In this document: positions 25,871-32,000 of the stretch, one piece after another
Layout: every line of letters begins with the position of its first letter
How positions within the stretch are numbered: position 1 is the first letter of the stretch
DNA from: an uncultured archaeon
Lineage (GTDB): Archaea; Iainarchaeota; Iainarchaeia; Iainarchaeales; JAAZKV01
Direction: 5' to 3'
Assembly (NCBI GenBank): GCA_964551375.1
Contig: CAZKBG010000001.1
Location: 837,329-869,328 of the forward strand
DNA: 32,000 nt
Notes under the pieces: model-generated
Databases searched by the model: none
What the model saw: the letters and a program-made list of their open reading frames with translations, nothing else
Told to the model about the DNA's origin: nothing
Program-made: the position numbers and the translations under genes

Positions 25871-25964
25871 TTTATCAGCAATAATTAGAATAGGATTTAT
25901 AAGTTTATAAATGAATAAGCCACTAACTTTTTCCTTTAAAAATGCGGAAAAGCGCGCGAGGAAA

Positions 25965-25975
25965 TCTTTATAAAG
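25965..25975 (+). promoter_or_regulatory. TATA box upstream of pilin 1
   Basis: TCTTTATAAAG; followed by SD AAAGGAGG (26025-26032) 8 nt before the ATG at 26040. Confidence 0.6.
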
Positions 25976-25999
25976 AGGTTAAACTTTCTATATTGCAAC

Positions 26000-26018
26000 T
26001 AAGCGTAAAGAGCGCTTA
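26000..26018 (+). other. 5' UTR inverted repeat before pilin 1
   Basis: TAAGCG (26000-26005) / CGCTTA (26013-26018). Confidence 0.45.
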
Positions 26019-26039
26019 AAAGGGAAAGGAGGTTTATTT

Positions 26040-26477
26040 ATGTTTGATAGAAAAGGACAATCAGCTTTGGAATATCTAATGACTTACGGATGGGCACTAA
26101 TCGTTATTGCTATCGTTATCGGAGTATTAATCTTCGTAACAAGCGGAGCAACAGGCGGTGTAACTTGCCAGTCACAGTCAACAGGAATCCAAGTAACTGA
26201 ATGGGCTGTTAAAGCAGGTTCAGACGGTGTTGGTTTAACACTTAGAAATGCAACTGGAGGAACTATAACTCCAACAGGAGCAGCAGGTGCTGGTGTATTC
26301 ACTGACACTAACAACACAGCATTTTCACTAGTTGTGAGAAACAATACATTCACAGTTCAGGGAATAGACGGACCAATAGCAGGACAGACTTTCTCAACAG
26401 GATACGTTGATGTAAATTACATAACTCAGGGAAATCTAACTGCAACAGCAAGAATTGTTTGCTCAGGAACAGTATAA
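26040..26477 (+). CDS. Archaeal class III signal peptide pilin (probable major pilin)
   Basis: MFDRKGQSALEYLMTYGWALIVIAIVIGVLIFV; 145 aa; excellent TATA and SD. Confidence 0.92.
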   Translation: MFDRKGQSALEYLMTYGWALIVIAIVIGVLIFVTSGATGGVTCQSQSTGIQVTEWAVKAGSDGVGLTLRNATGGTITPTGAAGAGVFTDTNNTAFSLVVRNNTFTVQGIDGPIAGQTFSTGYVDVNYITQGNLTATARIVCSGTV

Positions 26478-26492
26478 AGTTTTTAACCTCTT

Positions 26493-26538
26493 AAGCCCAA
26501 AGACTGCCAAAAGCAGTTTTTGGAGCTTCTATTTTTTT
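26493..26538 (+). terminator. Hairpin terminator between the two pilin genes
   Basis: CCAAAGACTGC (26497-26507) - CAAAA - GCAGTTTTTGG (26513-26523), extended by AAGC/(A)GCTT, followed by T7 (26532-26538). Confidence 0.75.
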
Positions 26539-26630
26539 AACAGATTTTTATTTTAATGTTGGGCTGCCAGCGTTTTTTTTAAAGCCCTAACTATTAAATA
26601 CTTCAAATAAGTTCATTTGTAAGTGAGATA

Positions 26631-27074
26631 ATGTTTGAAAATAGTGCACAGTCGGCGCTGGAATATTTAACTGCATACGGGTGGGCGCTGATAGTTGTTG
26701 CGCTTATTATTGGAGTATTGATTTTTGTAACAAGCGGGACTACAAGCGGAGTATCCTGCCAAAGCCAGGGTCCTTTTTTTATTGTAAAAGAATGGGTAAT
26801 TAATCCGGGAGCTGGGGGAGTTGGAGTTACTCTCTCAAATGTTACTGGCGGAAATATTAGCTCAATAAGCTCTTACGGCAAAGGAGACTTTGACGGAAAC
26901 GGAATAGTTTCTAATTCATCAGTTTTAAAAAACGGGGAAGTTGTAATACAGGGAATTGATGCGCCTTTAGCAGGGGAAACATTTACAAACGGAAGAATTG
27001 ATATTAATTATGTTACTGAAGGAGGGTTAAATTCCTCAACATACTTAATATGCACAGGATTTCTTCCAGATTAA
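26631..27074 (+). CDS. Second archaeal class III signal peptide pilin (paralogue of previous)
   Basis: MFENSAQSALEYLTAYGWALIVVALIIGVLIFV; shared C-terminal pattern QGIDAPLAGETFTNGRIDINYVTEGGLNSSTYLICTG. Confidence 0.92.
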   Translation: MFENSAQSALEYLTAYGWALIVVALIIGVLIFVTSGTTSGVSCQSQGPFFIVKEWVINPGAGGVGVTLSNVTGGNISSISSYGKGDFDGNGIVSNSSVLKNGEVVIQGIDAPLAGETFTNGRIDINYVTEGGLNSSTYLICTGFLPD

Positions 27075-27148
27075 TTTCTAAAGTAATCTTCTAAAGAAAA
27101 CCCTCCTTTAAGCAACTCTTTAATACTACTTAATTCATTAATCTCAAA

Positions 27149-27979
27149 ATGAAAAAGGTTGAATTTATTCAAACTCATTCAATAGCCACTGAAAGAAGCT
27201 TGTTTGGCGAAAAGCTTCCCGGTTTTGATTTATACACAGAGCATAAAGGCGCGTTTATTTTCAAACTAAAAGTCCTTTACAGGCACGAACCAAACGGGCC
27301 CTCGGGATGCGTTATAAAGACTTTTTTAATAGGGATAAAAAACGGAAAAATCGAGTGGAGCGGGGAAAAGAAAGACGCTGAATTTGAAAAAAAGATAGAA
27401 AAGCACGCTGAACTAATTACTAAACCAGAGCTTTTGATGGTCAAAGTAATTGATGAAGAAATGGAAGTGCTCTTAGAGGAACAGGAAAAAATAGAAAATG
27501 AAATTGAAAGAATTGAAGCGCTTGTGCTAAAGGGAAAAACAAAGCACACCATGCAGAAAATATTTGTCTCAAAGAAGAATTTAATGAGAATAAGAAATGT
27601 GACAAAAAATTATTTAAGCATATTAGGGATGCTGACAAGAAAAAATGATTACGCTGATTCAGATGCCACAACCCTTTATGAAGAAATACTTCACTTTGAT
27701 GAGATTACTGAAAACCAAAAAGAAGAATTGGCAAGCTTAATTGACGCGCACTTAAACACAGTATCAAATAAAATGAATCAGGTAATGAAAGTTCTCACAA
27801 TAATAACGACTCTTGCTGTCCCATTCACTGCAATTTCAGGAATATTCGGAATGAACATACTTCTCCCAATGCAGGACCATAATTTGGCATTCATATTAGT
27901 AATTTTATTCATGGTTGGATTTGCTGGACTGTTACTAGCTTTATTTTACAAAATGGGCTGGATAGGCGAAAAAGAATAG
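27149..27979 (+). CDS. corA: CorA-family Mg2+/divalent cation transporter
   Basis: C-terminal two-TM module TTLAVPFTAISGIFGMN with GMN motif. Confidence 0.88.
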   Translation: MKKVEFIQTHSIATERSLFGEKLPGFDLYTEHKGAFIFKLKVLYRHEPNGPSGCVIKTFLIGIKNGKIEWSGEKKDAEFEKKIEKHAELITKPELLMVKVIDEEMEVLLEEQEKIENEIERIEALVLKGKTKHTMQKIFVSKKNLMRIRNVTKNYLSILGMLTRKNDYADSDATTLYEEILHFDEITENQKEELASLIDAHLNTVSNKMNQVMKVLTIITTLAVPFTAISGIFGMNILLPMQDHNLAFILVILFMVGFAGLLLALFYKMGWIGEKE

Positions 27980-28074
27980 CCAATATCTTCTTCTATAAAA
28001 GTCGGAATTATTTAAGTTGTGTGTTAAAAGTGCGTTGGCTCCTGCGTTGAGTTAGTAATTTTTTTTATTAAAGT

Positions 28075-29088
28075 TTATGCGCCAGCAAGCCCGCCAAAGG
28101 ATATTTGAACTACCACTCTTGTCACAAAGAACAACACAAGCGAGATTATCAAAATCGGCGGGAAGTACTTCATTCCGGCTTTTTCCGTGCCTGAATTAAT
28201 CACTCCAAGGACAAGCGAGGCGAATAAGCTTGTGACAAGCAAATCCACCATGGAGAAAAGCACAATAAAACTTTCTGTAATGTTTGAAGTCGGAATTCCA
28301 ATCAATCCAAGAGCTGGATTTTTTGTTGAATACCCCTGCATTACTTCAGGGTCAAGCCCAATATTTGCAGTCTGCTCGGTCATTACTCCGACAATGAAAC
28401 TGCTGATTCCAAAAAGAGCCGGAGCTCCGCAAGCTGCGGAGAAGAATATTAACATTACATACATCGCAGTGTTTGAATTAACTTCTGATTTTAGCGCGTT
28501 CTCTTCTCTTAAATCACTGCTCAATTGAACAAGAAGCTGGGAAATCTGCCCGCCGTTTTTAATTCCTTCAGAAATAAGCCACATGGTTCTTTCGAGAATT
28601 TTGCTTTTAATGTTTAAAGAAATCTCAAGAAGCGCCCGCTCAAGCCTCTCTCCAACCATTATTTTTTTACTTGCTTTTTTTAATGCAAGACTAAGCGCCC
28701 CAAATTCAGGCCTTGCAGAAACAAACAAACTTCTTTCAGTAGTAAGCCCTGATTTAATATTTGAAGAAACTAATTGAAGCGCGTCAGGAAGGATTTTTTC
28801 AACCTGTGATCCGCGGGAATCAGCCATATTGCTGATCCAAAAAATAGCTCCTGCAAAAATAACAGCAAAAGTAGTAACAAAAGCAACAATTGAGTTTGCC
28901 TGCCCGAGTTTGATTAAATAAAATGACATCATGAACGCAACTATCGCAAGAAGAATTCCTATAAGGAAAATAAACCCAGTGAATTTATCCGCGTCATAAT
29001 CAAGCCCTGCGTACTGGATTTCTTTTCCAATCCACTCCCGCGCATTGCGAGGCAAAAGTCCTGCAGCTCTCTCAAACATTTTAACCAC
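28075..29088 (-). CDS. Type II/IV secretion / pilus assembly membrane protein (TadC/ArlJ-like)
   Basis: LEKILPDALQLVSSNIKSGLTTERSLFVSARPEFG...LSSDLREENALKSEV; multi-TM; in operon with secretion ATPase. Confidence 0.85.
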   Translation of the reverse strand: MVKMFERAAGLLPRNAREWIGKEIQYAGLDYDADKFTGFIFLIGILLAIVAFMMSFYLIKLGQANSIVAFVTTFAVIFAGAIFWISNMADSRGSQVEKILPDALQLVSSNIKSGLTTERSLFVSARPEFGALSLALKKASKKIMVGERLERALLEISLNIKSKILERTMWLISEGIKNGGQISQLLVQLSSDLREENALKSEVNSNTAMYVMLIFFSAACGAPALFGISSFIVGVMTEQTANIGLDPEVMQGYSTKNPALGLIGIPTSNITESFIVLFSMVDLLVTSLFASLVLGVINSGTEKAGMKYFPPILIISLVLFFVTRVVVQISFGGLAGA

Positions 29089-29998
29089 TCATTAGGTTTG
29101 GTCTTTTAGACTTCATAATACCTACAAACATGAATTCCACTATAATTAATCCGCCAAGCATTCCCCAAAACATCATTTCGGTTATCTGCATTTTAGGAAA
29201 TGAGCCAATAACTATCAAAAATGTAACTCCCAAAGCTGGAATAATTACTCCAATCATCAGGTAGACTAGTGAAAGCATTTTGAGACTGTTGCCGTATTTT
29301 TGAATCTCAATCTGCTGTTCTCTTGTAATAGAAGCAACGCTTTCGGTTAAAACATCATTAACATCCGCGCCTGCCTTCATTCCATTAACAATCTGCCAAA
29401 GAACTTTTCTTAAGTAAGGGCTCGGATTCTTTACCGCAAGCTCCTGAAGAGCAATTTCTTCGCTAACTCCAGTGCTGATGCTGTCAACCGCTTCTTTAAG
29501 CTCTGCGCTTAACTGCCCGTATCTTTTAGTTGAAGAAATCATGTATAATGAATCAAAAAGACTTACTCTGCTCCTGATTTGAACAAGCATGGTTCTTAAT
29601 GCAAAAACAATATTTTTTTCAATATCCCTGATTCTTTTCTTTGTTTTAATATTAGGATACGCGTACATTTGAAAGAATACCAAAAGCCCGACTACAAATC
29701 CAATAAAAATTCCAAGAAGAATGTAATGAGGGATAAGAATTGAGCCTATTTTTGTGGAAGAAGTCACAAATTTTCCCAAAAGAAAAACCATTACCCCGCT
29801 TAGAATAATAAAATAAAAGAAAAAACTAAACGCCATCACAGCGCCGTACTCTTCAACAGAAATTTTAATCCCCGCTGTGTATAAATCTTTTTCCAAATTA
29901 GGAAACATTTTTGAAACTCTATAGCCAAGCCCCTCAAAAGGCTCTGCTATTTTTCTCATCGCTTGCAGCGGCATCGGAGCAAAAGGAATCATTTCCAT
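29081..29998 (-). CDS. Type II/IV secretion / pilus assembly membrane protein (TadB/TadC/ArlJ-like)
   Basis: IEKNIVFALRTMLVQIRSRVSLFDSLYMISS...LSAELKEAVDSISTGVSEEIALQEL; overlaps downstream gene by 8 nt. Confidence 0.85.
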   Translation of the reverse strand: MEMIPFAPMPLQAMRKIAEPFEGLGYRVSKMFPNLEKDLYTAGIKISVEEYGAVMAFSFFFYFIILSGVMVFLLGKFVTSSTKIGSILIPHYILLGIFIGFVVGLLVFFQMYAYPNIKTKKRIRDIEKNIVFALRTMLVQIRSRVSLFDSLYMISSTKRYGQLSAELKEAVDSISTGVSEEIALQELAVKNPSPYLRKVLWQIVNGMKAGADVNDVLTESVASITREQQIEIQKYGNSLKMLSLVYLMIGVIIPALGVTFLIVIGSFPKMQITEMMFWGMLGGLIIVEFMFVGIMKSKRPNLMSG

Positions 29999-29999
29999 C

Positions 30000-31568
30000 C
30001 TATTCCTCCATCAGCTTATTTTTTTCCACTGCTCTTGTAACCACGTCTCTGTCCTTATAGTATTGCGCGATTACTTTTCCAACAGAATTAAGGTCATTAA
30101 TATTTTTATCAACCATCCATTCAAGGATTTTCTGCTTCTCTTGCAGTTCGTCAAGCACTTCATTTTTGCTTAATCCAGTGTGAAGGGATAATTCATCAAA
30201 TAATCTTGTGCTCTCGTTGTGTCTTGCAATTTTATCGTCCCCGCTTCTCCACCTGTAAAGCACATTTGCTCTAACACTTTCTTCTCCAGTTCCGTGCTTT
30301 TCTAAAATAAATTCTCCGACCTGAAGAACTCTTCTAACGCCAAGTCTTCTGTTTCTAAACATTACAACATTTAAGTGAACAGTGTCAAGCATGCTCTGGG
30401 GAATATTGATTGGAGGATTTGTTAATCTCCTGATTGTTTCATCAGCAGTATTTGCGTGAAGAGTGGAATAAACACTGTGCCCAGTGTGCATTGCTTCAAA
30501 CATTACTTCCGCTTCTTTTCTTCTTCTAATTTCCCCAACAATTATACGGTCAGGTCTCATTCTTAATGAATTCACAAGAAGATCAAGCATTGAAATTTTT
30601 CCCTTCCCTTCAGGATTAGCTTCCCTTGTAGTCATTGGCACATAGTGCATGAATTCAGGAGGGCGAAGTTCCCTTGTGTCTTCAATACTTAAAACACGAT
30701 GATTCGGCTGAATAAACGGCAGGCACACACCAAGAATGGTTGTTTTTCCTGAAGCTGTTCCTCCGGAGAAGATAATATTTAATTCATATTCCATTGCTTC
30801 CCACAAAAGCGCCATTACTTCAGAAGAAACTGTATTGCTTCGAATTAAGTCAGTCACAGTCCAAGGGTCTCTTCTAAATCTTCTAATAGTAAGAGTGTTA
30901 CCGTCATTTGAAATAGGGAAAAGAGTTGCATTAACACGATCTCCAGTAGTCAAGTGCGCATCAAGAAGAGGCTCAAGAGTTGTAATCTGCTTTCCAACTC
31001 TTCTTGCAATAATACTGCCGTAATTATGAATATCATCTTCTGAGCCAAGGTAAATATTAGTCTTTAACCAGCCGTACTTTTTATGATAAACCCAAACAGG
31101 GTCCTTGCTTTTATTTACGACAATTTCTTCTAAATTCGCATCGGCAAGAATCATTTCCATTTTTCCCAAACCAAGCATTTCCTGCAAAAGAAAACCTATA
31201 AGCGAATTTTTTGTTTCCTTAGTCGCAGTAGGAAGCTCAACTGAAATAATAGAATCAGCTCTTTTTCTGAACCTGTCCTTTAAAGCGTCAACAAAATGCT
31301 GGTCGATTAAAGAATCCGCCTTGATTGAAGCCTCTGAAATTATTGAATTCTTTATTTCCCTCATCAAAGCATGAGTTCCTTCCCCAAAATCAGGAAGGCT
31401 CAAAAAGTACTCATTTACATAAGCTTTTTTTCTTTCAACAATCCTTACATCAGCGCTTACTTCATCAGCAGTTACTTTATAGAGCTCAACTAAGTTAAAC
31501 TCATCAAGCATCTTGTCCGATGACCACTTTCCCCTTACTTCAACCATTGTTTCACCAATATTATCCAA
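30000..31568 (-). CDS. Type II/IV secretion system ATPase (VirB11/TadA/ArlI family)
   Basis: IIFSGGTASGKTT Walker A, VLSIEDTRELRPPEF Asp box, SLRMRPDRIIVGEIRRRKEAEVMFEAMHTGHSVYSTLHA. Confidence 0.96.
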   Translation of the reverse strand: MDNIGETMVEVRGKWSSDKMLDEFNLVELYKVTADEVSADVRIVERKKAYVNEYFLSLPDFGEGTHALMREIKNSIISEASIKADSLIDQHFVDALKDRFRKRADSIISVELPTATKETKNSLIGFLLQEMLGLGKMEMILADANLEEIVVNKSKDPVWVYHKKYGWLKTNIYLGSEDDIHNYGSIIARRVGKQITTLEPLLDAHLTTGDRVNATLFPISNDGNTLTIRRFRRDPWTVTDLIRSNTVSSEVMALLWEAMEYELNIIFSGGTASGKTTILGVCLPFIQPNHRVLSIEDTRELRPPEFMHYVPMTTREANPEGKGKISMLDLLVNSLRMRPDRIIVGEIRRRKEAEVMFEAMHTGHSVYSTLHANTADETIRRLTNPPINIPQSMLDTVHLNVVMFRNRRLGVRRVLQVGEFILEKHGTGEESVRANVLYRWRSGDDKIARHNESTRLFDELSLHTGLSKNEVLDELQEKQKILEWMVDKNINDLNSVGKVIAQYYKDRDVVTRAVEKNKLMEE

Positions 31569-31575
31569 AATTAAA

Positions 31576-31983
31576 TTACTTTGCCATATCTTCGTTTAAA
31601 TCCTCATCGCTTAACTGTTCGCCCCTTCTAATCATTTCCCTTCTTTTTTTTGCTTTCTCAAACTCAGCGCTTATTAACTTAGGAGAGCCGAAAAGAGGGT
31701 ACTCAATTCTAACCGAGCCAGCTTTTTCAAGAGTCAAATAACATTCCCTCAACTTTGAGCCGTCCATTTTCAAATCCTTTCTCAACTTGCCTGCATTAAT
31801 AATTCCCGCTTCATTAATTGCCCGAAGAACCTTGTCAAAATCCGTTATAACGCATGGATTTTTCAAGTCAGTTTCGCAAAGAGTATTTTTTTTGCGCTTA
31901 TCCGGAGCGGTAATCATTACAGGCTTTGAAATATCCTCGATATTTTCATCATCTTTTTCTTTTTTAGTCATTTTAATCAGCAA
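31576..31983 (-). CDS. Small wHTH-like protein at the head of the pilus operon
   Basis: VITDFDKVLRAINEAGIINAGKLRKDLKMDGSKLRECYLTLEKAGSVRIEYPLFGSPKLIS resembles a winged-helix unit; 7 nt upstream of ATPase gene. Confidence 0.6.
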   Translation of the reverse strand: MLIKMTKKEKDDENIEDISKPVMITAPDKRKKNTLCETDLKNPCVITDFDKVLRAINEAGIINAGKLRKDLKMDGSKLRECYLTLEKAGSVRIEYPLFGSPKLISAEFEKAKKRREMIRRGEQLSDEDLNEDMAK

Positions 31984-32000
31984 ATAAAGATGCTTTCTTT

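Overview
AT-rich archaeal chromosome segment. The archaeal affiliation rests on class III (QxSxExxxL) pilin signals, archaeal NAC, BRE/TATA-type promoters, GGTG/GGAGG Shine-Dalgarno sites, form III-like RuBisCO and a euryarchaeal/DPANN-style gene set; I can only infer a DPANN-like lineage. Supported contents: (1) a large Cys-rich secreted protein on the minus strand that runs off the left edge and is missing from the ORF track; (2) two lipoproteins, a sugar-nucleotidyltransferase-like protein, a GLUG-repeat protein with a pilin-type N-terminus, NAC, an FKBP-type PPIase with a duplicated His-rich tail, a TPM/LemA pair and an FTR1-type permease; (3) a nuclease/modification cluster at 14.4-18.5 kb: a Cas4-like PD-(D/E)XK protein, a GIY-YIG protein, an HsdM-HsdS fusion and a separate PD-(D/E)XK protein with no HsdR helicase in the window; (4) a RuBisCO large-subunit gene starting with TTG; (5) tRNA-Asp(GTC), whose 3' half is overlapped antisense by the C-terminus of a LAGLIDADG endonuclease; (6) a CGDG-type Cys-repeat membrane protein, an intact plus a P-loop-less KaiC-like pair, two tandem class III pilins with a hairpin terminator between them, CorA, and a type IV pilus assembly operon (wHTH, secretion ATPase, two TadC/ArlJ-like proteins). 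The strongest candidates for a poorly described system are the helicase-less type-I-like R-M cluster and the pilus/KaiC-like neighbourhood. A structured intergenic region (4548-4982) is a possible ncRNA or regulatory locus. No CRISPR array was found. All assignments come from reading motifs by eye; no searches were run.
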